Shown piece by piece: positions 26,094 to 33,158 of a stretch of DNA of 33,158 nt. How positions within the stretch are numbered: the first letter of the stretch is position 1; each line of letters opens with the position of its first letter. The position numbers were made by a program, and so were the translations under genes. The stretch is from Candidatus Nomurabacteria bacterium (lineage in GTDB: Bacteria; Patescibacteriota; Minisyncoccia; Phycocordibacterales; UBA9973): contig JAHFNM010000005.1 in assembly GCA_023267415.1 (NCBI GenBank), forward strand, positions 1 to 33,158, in the 5' to 3' direction. The notes beneath the pieces are model-generated. The model made no database searches. It was given only the letters and a program-made list of their open reading frames with translations, and was not told where the DNA came from.

Positions 26094-26121
26094 AAAAAGC
26101 CGGAATAAGTTCCGGCTTTTT
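26094..26121. terminator. Bidirectional intrinsic terminator between convergent genes
   Basis: AAAAAGCCGGA-ATAAGT-TCCGGCTTTTT. Confidence 0.85.
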
Positions 26122-26135
26122 GTATTGCTTTTTTA

Positions 26136-26510
26136 TTAAAAAAAGGTCATTGCAGTCATCACTCCTATGAGATCTTCCTGAGAGGGTTTTTTGAAAGATA
26201 TTTTTCTTTCAACAGATGTAATCGTGAATACTGCACCTTTCACTAAGTACTCTGTGGGGATATTGGTGGTGTCATACCAACTCTCTTTATAGGCATATGT
26301 TTCGTTATCATAATCAATCAAGACGCTTCTTTTTAGTTTGATTTTTTTGTCTTTTAAACACATAACCTTAAACCATGTGCCAGAATCCTGTAATGTTAGA
26401 GTGAGCGGTTTGTGATAGCTCGCATCTTTTTTTGTCAGTGCGTAGACAACGCAGGTTATGCAGAAGATCGCAAACAAAAAAGGTTCGGAAGTGAAAAATG
26501 ATAGCCACAT
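26136..26510 (-). CDS. Hypothetical membrane-anchored protein (124 aa)
   Basis: The track start at 26606 is a TTG inside the upstream terminator, so I trimmed it to ATG 26510 (MWLSFFTSEPFLFAIFCITCVVYAL, a TM helix). A promoter-like TTGACT and an A/T-rich -10 region lie upstream. Confidence 0.5.
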   Translation of the reverse strand: MWLSFFTSEPFLFAIFCITCVVYALTKKDASYHKPLTLTLQDSGTWFKVMCLKDKKIKLKRSVLIDYDNETYAYKESWYDTTNIPTEYLVKGAVFTITSVERKISFKKPSQEDLIGVMTAMTFF

Positions 26511-26586
26511 ATTTTTTAGTTTTAGTGAATTAAATTTGTTTATTTTTATACTATAATATTTTTGTAAAAAGTCAATAAGAGGCAAA

Positions 26587-26622
26587 TAAAAAATCCGACT
26601 GGTCAAAATGACCGGTCGGATT
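26587..26622 (-). terminator. Intrinsic terminator (minus strand)
   Basis: The minus strand reads AATCCGACCGGTC-ATTTT-GACCAGTCGGATT followed by TTTTTT. It overlaps the last codons of the 26603-26899 gene. Confidence 0.75.
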
Positions 26623-26899
26623 CAACTTTCATGCCGTAGCATTCTAAGCCATGGCGGATGCGTTTTGCGAGATCCCTGATCTCAGGCGTCTTGCCGTTCT
26701 TGGAAGAATATTCCACGGTCAGGAAGCAATTTGTCTCATATCTTTTTAGCATCACCGCGTTTCCTTCAAGAGAAGCATTCACCACCTTGATGTACTGGCG
26801 TATGAGTTCGCGTTCTTGAGGCTTGGATGAACTCGTCTTTCGTTCTGCGAAAAAATCAATCAGGCTCATAAGGATACATTTACGTGTGTGAAATAGCAT
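26603..26899 (-). CDS. Hypothetical small protein (98 aa)
   Basis: I trimmed the start to the Met whose ATG overlaps the upstream stop as TAATG, a translational-coupling geometry. I recognise no family. Confidence 0.5.
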   Translation of the reverse strand: MLFHTRKCILMSLIDFFAERKTSSSKPQERELIRQYIKVVNASLEGNAVMLKRYETNCFLTVEYSSKNGKTPEIRDLAKRIRHGLECYGMKVESDRSF

Positions 26900-27153
26900 T
26901 ACTTCATAGATTGCCGTCCCAGCAAAAACACATTGTTGTTGCTGTCTTTGATCGCAGTCCATATCTTGTTGTAGTCATGATTATGGCTGGAAAAGTCTCG
27001 GGGCGTATAAGGAATGAGCTTCATCGCTTCTTCTTTTGTTCCGGCTGCCAGGATCCTTTCCTTCAGCTCGTCCGTGATATTCTTTTCTCGATTGATGATG
27101 ATCGATTTGAAGCAATTGAGTGTTTGCTCAAGAACTTTTTTGTTAGTTGTCAT
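26899..27153 (-). CDS. Hypothetical small protein (84 aa)
   Basis: An ORF in the same-strand operon, with its stop overlapping the next start. I recognise no family. Confidence 0.5.
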   Translation of the reverse strand: MTTNKKVLEQTLNCFKSIIINREKNITDELKERILAAGTKEEAMKLIPYTPRDFSSHNHDYNKIWTAIKDSNNNVFLLGRQSMK

Positions 27154-27183
27154 ACACGCTGATTTTATTTTGGTTGCAAAATG

Positions 27184-27417
27184 TTATGAGAATCGCTCGA
27201 GTTTTTCGCGTACACGTACGGCGTACTCGCGCACCTTTTTCGTTTTTCCTGATTGCGTTAGCTTTTCGGCTTCGAAATGCGCTAATTGCTTCCAGTTGAT
27301 CGTCGTTGGTTCGTCTCCGAGCCACACGAGAATATTTTCTATCAGGTGCGATAGGTCATCAATTTCTTCCTCCGTGAAGCCTTGTTCTCGCAGTTTGATT
27401 GTTGCGTCTTCCAGCAT
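27184..27417 (-). CDS. Hypothetical small protein (77 aa, acidic N-terminal half and basic C-terminal half)
   Basis: The first gene of the minus-strand small-gene operon, divergent from uvrC. I recognise no family. Confidence 0.5.
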   Translation of the reverse strand: MLEDATIKLREQGFTEEEIDDLSHLIENILVWLGDEPTTINWKQLAHFEAEKLTQSGKTKKVREYAVRVREKLERFS

Positions 27418-27493
27418 GATTCTTTGATTTTTGGGTGAGAATGTATGTTAAGGTGAAATTGTTTTTCTTTCGTTATTATACTAGAATAAAATA

Positions 27494-28699
27494 GTGAAAA
27501 GTCAAGGACTCGCAAAACTCAAGCTGCCTGACGCGCCCGGCGTATATTTTTTTCGCTTGGGCAAGGACATCCTCTATATCGGCAAAGCTACTTCTCTTCG
27601 CGATCGGACCAAGAGCTATTTTTCCAAAGATCTCATTGAGACGCGCGGTCCGCTCATTTTGGACATGGTTTTTAAGGCAGACAAAGTGACATTTGAACAA
27701 ACCGACTCTGTGCTCGAGGCGCTGATCCTTGAAGCAAATCTTATCAAGAAGCATCAGCCGTACTACAACACCAAGGAAAAGGACGATAAAAGCTGGAACT
27801 ATGTGTGCATCACGGACGAGAGCTTGCCGAAGGTGCTCGTTGTTCGAGGCAAGAATCTGGAGCCGGAAAAGTATTCTGCATCATACGGGCCGTTCACAAA
27901 CGGAATGCAGCTGAAGGAAGCCCTCAAGATCGTACGCCGGATATTTCCGTTTGCGGATGCCTCAAGCTCGAAGCGCGACAATTATGAATTTTACCGCCAG
28001 CTTGGTTTGACGCCGGACGTTTCGAGCGAAGATGCGCAAATCGCTTACAAGCGCAATTTGCGGAATATCAAATTGTTCTTTCAGGGAAAGAAGAAAGACA
28101 TTTTGAAGAATTTGGCGGGGGAGATGAAGTTGGCCGCAAAGGCGCGCCGCTTCGAAGAAGCGGCGCGCCTGCGGAACCAGATATTCGCCCTCGAGCATAT
28201 CAATGACATCGCTCTCCTAAAAAATGACCCGACTATTCGAAAGGAAAAGGCCGGCTTCCGAATCGAGGCTTATGATGTGGCGCATATGAACGGAAAGAAT
28301 ATGGTGGGCGTAATGACCGTCATGGAAGATTGCGAGATCAGCAAGAAGGAATACCGAACATTCAATATCAAGGGATTTGCCGATGCCAACGATACCGGAG
28401 CTCTCGAAGAAATGCTCTCGCGCAGAATGCGGCATACTGAGTGGGGTATGCCTGATCTTGTGGTGGCTGATGGAGGCGAAGCCCAGCTTCGCGTGGCAAA
28501 ACAGGTGCTAAAGCGATACCAGCTCGAGATCCCCGTGGTGTCCGTCGTCAAAGACGAGCGACACAAGCCCAAGGATATTCTTGGTGACGAAGCCATGGCG
28601 AAAGGGCACAAAAAAGAGATCTTGCTTGCGAACAGCGAAGCCCACCGTTTCTCGATCAAGCTGCATAAAAATAAAAGAAACAAGAATTTTTTGAAATAA
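27494..28699 (+). CDS. uvrC: Excinuclease ABC subunit C (short form, 401 aa, no C-terminal helix-hairpin-helix pair)
   Basis: GTG start. GIY-YIG domain (PGVYFFRLGKDILYIGKATSLRDR), UVR domain (RFEEAARLRNQIFALE) and RNase H-like nuclease domain (IEAYDVAHMNG, PDLVVADGGEAQL, SEAHRFS). The protein ends about 20 aa after the AHRF motif. Confidence 0.9.
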   Translation: MKSQGLAKLKLPDAPGVYFFRLGKDILYIGKATSLRDRTKSYFSKDLIETRGPLILDMVFKADKVTFEQTDSVLEALILEANLIKKHQPYYNTKEKDDKSWNYVCITDESLPKVLVVRGKNLEPEKYSASYGPFTNGMQLKEALKIVRRIFPFADASSSKRDNYEFYRQLGLTPDVSSEDAQIAYKRNLRNIKLFFQGKKKDILKNLAGEMKLAAKARRFEEAARLRNQIFALEHINDIALLKNDPTIRKEKAGFRIEAYDVAHMNGKNMVGVMTVMEDCEISKKEYRTFNIKGFADANDTGALEEMLSRRMRHTEWGMPDLVVADGGEAQLRVAKQVLKRYQLEIPVVSVVKDERHKPKDILGDEAMAKGHKKEILLANSEAHRFSIKLHKNKRNKNFLK

Positions 28700-28711
28700 G
28701 CGAATATGTAT

Positions 28712-28741
28712 AAAAAAAGAGACTCGGTGTGTACGAGTCTC
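28712..28741 (-). terminator. Intrinsic terminator (minus strand; possibly also used by uvrC)
   Basis: GAGACTCG-GTGTGTA-CGAGTCTC, with a T7 run on the minus strand. Confidence 0.7.
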
Positions 28742-28782
28742 CTTAGGTCTGTGCGTGTGACTAACTACTAAGGAGAGGTTGC

Positions 28783-29244
28783 TTAAGCGGCAGAGGCGAA
28801 TAACTCCGTGAAGAATTTTTCATAGTGAGCCTTGTGAGGGTCACTCCTGTCGCAGAATACCAATAGGATCGTTTTTTGATCCGATTTGTCCTCTTGTTCC
28901 TTAGATTCCTTTAAAATTCCGTATAGCTCGTGGCTATACTCGTTCCTGAAACCGAACTCAAAAAATTTCTTTGATACCTGTTCCATGCTGATGGTACGTT
29001 CGTCCACCGGGGCAATCGCGTGATTTGGTAGTTGGCGTAAGCCGTTTTTGAGCTTGCGTACATCTCCGAATCGGAGCGGTCCAGCGCTCGTTACTGCCAC
29101 AATAACGTGAGGGTCAGGCGTCTTTGTTTCGTAGAAATTGAGATCGTCTTCGTGTACTGCGTGTTCTCTCGATACCTTGAGTATCATTTGTACCGGCTGG
29201 TCATTATCCAAGCTACCGGTGCTTTCTTCTCCTAGCTGTTTCAT
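28783..29244 (-). CDS. Hypothetical protein (153 aa)
   Basis: I trimmed the track start at 29328 to ATG 29244 (MKQLGEES...). I recognise no family. Confidence 0.55.
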   Translation of the reverse strand: MKQLGEESTGSLDNDQPVQMILKVSREHAVHEDDLNFYETKTPDPHVIVAVTSAGPLRFGDVRKLKNGLRQLPNHAIAPVDERTISMEQVSKKFFEFGFRNEYSHELYGILKESKEQEDKSDQKTILLVFCDRSDPHKAHYEKFFTELFASAA

Positions 29245-29396
29245 GGTTTTTTGTTTTTTAATGAAAAAATGTATTCTCATAGAAAATGGTACTCCTGTCA
29301 CAAATCCTGTCAAGTTATCGTTTAACATTTGTTCATCTTATTTTTATCTCCCAATTCGCTTTATGGGAGATACCCGATGCTGTATACTTACGGTAT

Positions 29397-30317
29397 ATGA
29401 TTCGCGTCGGCGTCCTCCGCGGAGGCACAGGAAACCAATATGAGCGCTCGCTCGAAACCGGAGCGTATGTCTTGAAGAATCTACCAAAAGATACATACGA
29501 AGTATCTGATATTTTTCTTGATCGCGACGGTGTGTGGCATATGAATGGCACTCCGCTTGATCACGAAAAGCTTATGCGCAAAGTGGACGTTATTTGGAAT
29601 GCACTGCATGGATTCTATGGCGAGGATGGTAAGCTGCAACAGCTTTTGGAAAATCTTGGCATTCCGTATATTGGTGCGGGACCACTCTCTTCTGCCGTGA
29701 CAATGAATAGCAAGTTTCTCAAAGACCATCTTGCAAAGCTCGGCGTGCAGACACCTCGTGGAATATATATCGAGGATTGGGGAACTGATGATGCAGAGGA
29801 AACTGTTGCGGCAGTAGTTGCTGCAACAGCAAAAAAATTCTCACCCCCTTGGATCGTTGAACCGATCGCGAAAGGGATCGGAAAGGGGGGTATCACTGCA
29901 AAAACGCGGGCTGAGCTCGTCACTGTTCTTTCGCAGATGCATGAGCTTGGTATGCCGGCTTTGATCGAAGAGGCCGTGCTCGGCAAGAATGTCAGTGTTT
30001 CCAGTGTTGCTGATTTTCGCGGAGAGTCGGTGTATACGTTCCTGCCGATACAAACGGATGCTATTCGAACAAAGCTGCAGTCCGCAGATAGTCAGGCTCT
30101 CCAAAATTTGGCAAAAAAGATACACCAGCATATGCACCTTGGCCACTACTCCCGCGTGGAGGCGATCATCAGTCCGAAAGGGAATATCTACGTGAAAAAT
30201 ATCGAGACCATCCCGGCTTTCGACAAGGTATCAGATCTGCATCATTCTCTTGCTCAAGTCGGCTCGTCATTCAAGGAATTCGCCAAGCATTTGCTAGGCA
30301 GTGCCATAGGAAAATAA
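29397..30317 (+). CDS. ddl: D-alanine--D-alanine ligase
   Basis: I trimmed the start to ATG 29397 (MIRVGVLRGGTGNQYERSL). LHGFYGEDGKLQQLLENLGIPYIGAG and the ATP-grasp layout are present. Confidence 0.9.
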   Translation: MIRVGVLRGGTGNQYERSLETGAYVLKNLPKDTYEVSDIFLDRDGVWHMNGTPLDHEKLMRKVDVIWNALHGFYGEDGKLQQLLENLGIPYIGAGPLSSAVTMNSKFLKDHLAKLGVQTPRGIYIEDWGTDDAEETVAAVVAATAKKFSPPWIVEPIAKGIGKGGITAKTRAELVTVLSQMHELGMPALIEEAVLGKNVSVSSVADFRGESVYTFLPIQTDAIRTKLQSADSQALQNLAKKIHQHMHLGHYSRVEAIISPKGNIYVKNIETIPAFDKVSDLHHSLAQVGSSFKEFAKHLLGSAIGK

Positions 30318-30341
30318 AAAATCCCCGACACGGGGATTTTT
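30316..30341 (+). terminator. Intrinsic terminator
   Basis: AAAAAATCCCCG-ACA-CGGGGATTTTT. Confidence 0.85.
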
Positions 30342-30358
30342 ACGTAGAGATGCATTTG

Positions 30359-30431
30359 TGGACCGTAGGAGACTCGAACTCCTCGCCTTACCCATGCCAT
30401 GGGTACGCTCTACCAGATGAGCTAACGGCCC
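30359..30431 (-). tRNA. tRNA-Ala (anticodon GGC)
   Basis: The reverse complement folds as GGGCCGT TA GCTC ATCTGGTA GAGC G TACCC ATGGCAT GGGTA AGGCG AGGAG TTCGAGT CTCCT ACGGTCC A. The G3:U70 Ala identity pair is present. Confidence 0.92.
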
Positions 30432-30456
30432 TTAAGCACGAAGGATTCTATCACGA

Positions 30457-30485
30457 TTGCAAAAATTAATAAATTCGGCTACAAT
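30457..30485 (+). promoter_or_regulatory. Sigma-70-type promoter for tRNA-Ala(UGC)
   Basis: TTGCAA, 17-nt spacer, TACAAT, 18 nt upstream of the tRNA 5' end. A TGATAGAAT extended -10 element on the opposite strand faces tRNA-Ala(GGC). Confidence 0.6.
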
Positions 30486-30503
30486 ACCCGGGCTAGTTTT
30501 TGT

Positions 30504-30579
30504 GGGCCGTTAGCTCATCTGGTAGAGCACCTCATTTGCAATGAGGGGGTGGCAGGTTCGAGTCCTGTACGGTCCACCA
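30504..30579 (+). tRNA. tRNA-Ala (anticodon UGC), CCA encoded
   Basis: GGGCCGT TA GCTC ATCTGGTA GAGC A CCTCA TTTGCAA TGAGG GGGTG GCAGG TTCGAGT CCTGT ACGGTCC A CCA. The G3:U70 pair is present. Confidence 0.93.
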
Positions 30580-30580
30580 C

Positions 30581-30618
30581 AAATAACAAAAATCCCCAAA
30601 TGGGGATTTTTGTTATTT
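30581..30618 (+). terminator. Intrinsic terminator (long stem)
   Basis: AAATAACAAAAATCCCCA-AA-TGGGGATTTTTGTTATTT. Confidence 0.85.
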
Positions 30619-30699
30619 ACCTGGATTTTTGGAGGTTTTCGGACAAGGTGTATAATGGGAATTCGCTATTAGAAATTATTCATAATCTATCTATTTCAC

Positions 30700-31923
30700 A
30701 TGTCCAATCCATTCGAGAATGCAATGATGCAGCTCAAGCGTGCGACCGCAGTGCAGCCGTTTCCAGAAGCGTTTATGAAGCAGATCTCTTCGCCGAATCG
30801 CGAAGTTCGCATTTCTATTCCCGTGATGATGGACAATGGCACACTTCAAGTGTTTGAAGGCTATCGCGTTGAGCACAACAATGCTCGCGGTCCATACAAA
30901 GGTGGAATTCGTTTCCATCATGATACCGATATCAATGAAGTGAAGGCGCTCGCATTCTGGATGGCTCTCAAATGTGCTGTTGCAAATATTCCGATGGGCG
31001 GAGGAAAGGGAGGCGTGACCGTAGACCCGAAGACTCTTTCAAAGACCGAACTCGAAAAGCTTTCGCGCGGATGGGCACGCGGCATGGCCGACATTCTCGG
31101 ACCAAAGAAAGATGTACCTGCTCCCGATGTGAACACAACCCCGGAGATCATGTCATGGATGAACGATGAGTACATGAAGATCTCGGGAGAGACGACCCTC
31201 GCAACGTTTACCGGCAAACCGCTCGACAAAGGAGGTTCGGAAGGACGCGGCGCTGCCACAGGACTTGGTGGATACTATGTCTTCGATGCACTTCGCTCAA
31301 AATACAATATCGCTGAAGGTGCGAGCGTGGTGATCCAGGGATTTGGAAATGTGGGAGGCAACGCTGCGGAAATTTTCCTTGCGCACGGATACAAGATCAT
31401 CGCCATGAGTGATTCAAAGGGAGGTGTGGTCAATGAGGCCGGTCTTGACATCAAGGCACTTGAAGAATGGAAGAAATCAAACGGCGCGCTCGCTGGATTC
31501 CCTGGCTCACGCACGGTGACCAATGCCGAACTGCTCGAGCTTCCTTGTGATGTGCTCATTCCGGCTGCGCTTGAAAATCAGATCACTGCCACGAATGCTG
31601 GCAGTGTAAAAGCAAAATTCATCCTCGAACTCGCCAATGGTCCGATCACTCCTGAAGCAGACGAAGCGTTGTACGAACGCGGAATTCCAGTCGTGCCAGA
31701 TATTCTTGCAAACTCTGGTGGCGTAACCGTTTCGACATTCGAATGGGAGCAGAACCTCAAAGGGGAGCACTGGACCGAAGCCGATGTGAACGCGAAGATG
31801 AAGGAAATTCTTGATATGGAATCCGGCATCATCTACGACAAGTCTGTCGCGGTGAACACTGATCTTCGCCGCGCCGCGTTTATCGTGGCACTCGAGCGTA
31901 TCGCAAAGGCGATGGGGTATTAA
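30700..31923 (+). CDS. gdhA: Glutamate dehydrogenase (Glu/Leu/Phe/Val dehydrogenase family)
   Basis: KGGIRFH, the catalytic PMGGGKGG and the Rossmann motif GFGNVGG. 407 aa. Confidence 0.93.
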   Translation: MSNPFENAMMQLKRATAVQPFPEAFMKQISSPNREVRISIPVMMDNGTLQVFEGYRVEHNNARGPYKGGIRFHHDTDINEVKALAFWMALKCAVANIPMGGGKGGVTVDPKTLSKTELEKLSRGWARGMADILGPKKDVPAPDVNTTPEIMSWMNDEYMKISGETTLATFTGKPLDKGGSEGRGAATGLGGYYVFDALRSKYNIAEGASVVIQGFGNVGGNAAEIFLAHGYKIIAMSDSKGGVVNEAGLDIKALEEWKKSNGALAGFPGSRTVTNAELLELPCDVLIPAALENQITATNAGSVKAKFILELANGPITPEADEALYERGIPVVPDILANSGGVTVSTFEWEQNLKGEHWTEADVNAKMKEILDMESGIIYDKSVAVNTDLRRAAFIVALERIAKAMGY

Positions 31924-31926
31924 GAG

Positions 31927-31961
31927 CTAGTAAGTAGAAAATAGATAGTAGAAAGTAGAGA
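31927..31961. repeat. Period-7 array (GTAGRAA)n, second copy
   Basis: CTAGTAA GTAGAAA ATAGATA GTAGAAA GTAGAGA begins 3 nt after the gdh stop. It matches 11806-11840 at 32 of 35 positions. Confidence 0.7.
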
Positions 31962-31993
31962 GCGCCCGAACATTTGTTCGCGCGCTCTCTTTC
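31957..31993 (+). terminator. Long hairpin, probable gdh terminator (weak U-tract)
   Basis: AGAGAGCGC..CGAACA-TT-TGTTCG..GCGCTCTCT followed by TTC. Confidence 0.55.
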
Positions 31994-32015
31994 ACTTGGA
32001 AAAAGCTTGGCTCAG

Positions 32016-32069
32016 AGTATACCCGCACACGTACTTTTTCTAGTAAAAAAGTACGTGTGCGGGTATACT
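32016..32069. repeat. Perfect 24-bp inverted repeat with a 6-nt loop
   Basis: AGTATACCCGCACACGTACTTTTT-CTAGTA-AAAAAGTACGTGTGCGGGTATACT. Confidence 0.85.
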
Positions 32070-32082
32070 TGTGTTGTATTTG

Positions 32083-32117
32083 CTAGTGCCTAAAGCCTAG
32101 CGCCTAATGCCTAGTTA
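32083..32117. repeat. Period-7 array (CTARNGC)n ending one base before the ATG at 32119
   Basis: CTAGTGC CTAAAGC CTAGCGC CTAATGC CTAGTTA. TAG and TAA alternate every 7 nt, so stops fall in all three plus-strand frames. Confidence 0.65.
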
Positions 32118-32118
32118 T

Positions 32119-33158
32119 ATGCGCGCAAACAAAATCCAAATAATCAAATACGCTCCGCCACCGTCCGATCTTCCGGTCTACGGCAACGTTCAGCAATCCG
32201 AAGTTTCGTTCATAGGACGGACCAACTATGTTGCTGCGCTCGAAGAGAAGAAATTCATCTTCGGCATCAAGCGTGCCGATCGCAAGCGCCACATGTACAT
32301 TCTCGGCAAGTCCGGCGTGGGCAAGACCAAGCTCATGGAGCTGTTCATTCGACAGGATATTGCCTATGGCCACGGCGTGTGCGTCATCGACCCGCACGGT
32401 GAACTCATCAACGACCTTCTCGACTTCATTCCGGAAAAGCGCATCAACGACGTCTGCGTGATCGATCCGTCGGATACTGATTCGCCAGTGGTCTTCAACC
32501 CGATTTATAAAGTAGATCCTGAATTCAAGCACCAATTCACCCAGAACTTTATCGAGCTTCTGCAATTGCAGTTTGGATCCAATTGGACTCCGCGCCTCGA
32601 GCACGTACTGCGCTTCACTCTGCTAGCACTTCTCGATTATCCTGAAGCCACGATTCAAGGGATCATTTTTATGCTCACCGATGCCGACTATCGTGCAAAG
32701 GTCATCGCGCAAAGCAGCGACGAGATGGTCAGCCGATTCTGGGAAAACGAATTTGCCGAATGGTCGGAGAAATTCAACACCGACGCCGTCATTCCGATCA
32801 TCAACAAGCTTTCGCAGTTCTTTTCCAATGCCGGACTGCGCACTATGTTCAGTCAGCACGACAACAAGATCGACTTTGGAGCGATGATGGACGAGAAGAA
32901 GATCATTTTGGTCAATCTTGCGCAGGAGCAGATCGGCGAGGAGAATGCGAGTTTCTTAGGATCGATCATTTTGACCAAGATCAAGGAAGCCGGCATGCAT
33001 CGCGCACGCCGTGGAAGAGAAGGACTGGACGATTTCTATCTGTACCTCGACGAATTCCAAAAGGTCATCACCGATTCGTTCGAAAGTTTCCTTGCTTCGT
33101 CGCGAAAATATTCCATCAATCTTACGCTGGCAAACCAGTACGTGAGCCAGCTTTCGAA
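32119..33158 (+). CDS. TraD/VirD4/HerA-like P-loop NTPase (coupling-protein-like, soluble N-terminus); 3'-partial and not in the ORF track
   Basis: I translated this by hand and found it open for 346 codons to the window edge. Walker A is YILGKSGVGKT, Walker B-like is DDFYLYLDEFQ, followed by INLTLANQYVSQL. The antisense track ORF at 32104-32604 is its shadow. Confidence 0.8.
   Translation, partial: MRANKIQIIKYAPPPSDLPVYGNVQQSEVSFIGRTNYVAALEEKKFIFGIKRADRKRHMYILGKSGVGKTKLMELFIRQDIAYGHGVCVIDPHGELINDLLDFIPEKRINDVCVIDPSDTDSPVVFNPIYKVDPEFKHQFTQNFIELLQLQFGSNWTPRLEHVLRFTLLALLDYPEATIQGIIFMLTDADYRAKVIAQSSDEMVSRFWENEFAEWSEKFNTDAVIPIINKLSQFFSNAGLRTMFSQHDNKIDFGAMMDEKKIILVNLAQEQIGEENASFLGSIILTKIKEAGMHRARRGREGLDDFYLYLDEFQKVITDSFESFLASSRKYSINLTLANQYVSQLS

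Noticed and set aside
30359-30579. 25-nt inverted repeat (GGGCCGTTAGCTCATCTGGTAGAGC and its complement), considered as possible mobile-element termini.
   Set aside because: The arms are simply the shared acceptor and D arms of two complete, divergently transcribed tRNA-Ala genes, each with its own promoter and terminator.

Overview
This 33.2-kb chromosomal segment is almost entirely housekeeping genes. In order: rpoC (3' part, open from base 2), dnaG-rpoD, a DUF378 membrane peptide, a processive-type GT2 glycosyltransferase, tRNA-Thr, rpsB-tsf (minus strand), a proS lacking the INS editing domain, mreB-mreC, tgt, uvrB, uvrA and uvrC (all three within about 10 kb), ddl, a divergent tRNA-Ala pair, gdh, and a TraD/VirD4-like P-loop ATPase. 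That last gene runs off the 3' edge and is missing from the ORF track. Short genes, trimmed domain architectures (UvrA, UvrC, ProRS) and many tiny orphan ORFs suggest a small-genome, CPR/Patescibacteria-like bacterium; this is inference only. I saw no CRISPR array, cas gene, transposase, integrase, reverse transcriptase, rRNA operon or recognisable defence gene, so I cannot name a defined novel protein system.

The unusual content is mostly non-coding:
- A 1.3-kb ORF-free stretch (18006-19337) holds sense-oriented 23S rRNA-like blocks in the wrong order. It also holds several promoter-to-terminator units, the last of which ends in a terminator just before uvrB.
- A 194-bp element is bounded by inverted copies of the tRNA-Thr 3' end and sits next to the real tRNA-Thr.
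- A membrane-anchored thioredoxin-fold gene carries a single in-frame TAA inside its C-X-X-C motif.
- Three intergenic repeat families are present: nested palindromes, period-7 stop-rich arrays, and CCCTCC/GGAGGG hairpins.
- Two AT-rich islands of orphan genes are interleaved with the NER genes.

Many ORF-track entries are antisense shadow ORFs or 5'-over-extended calls, and I have re-trimmed them.
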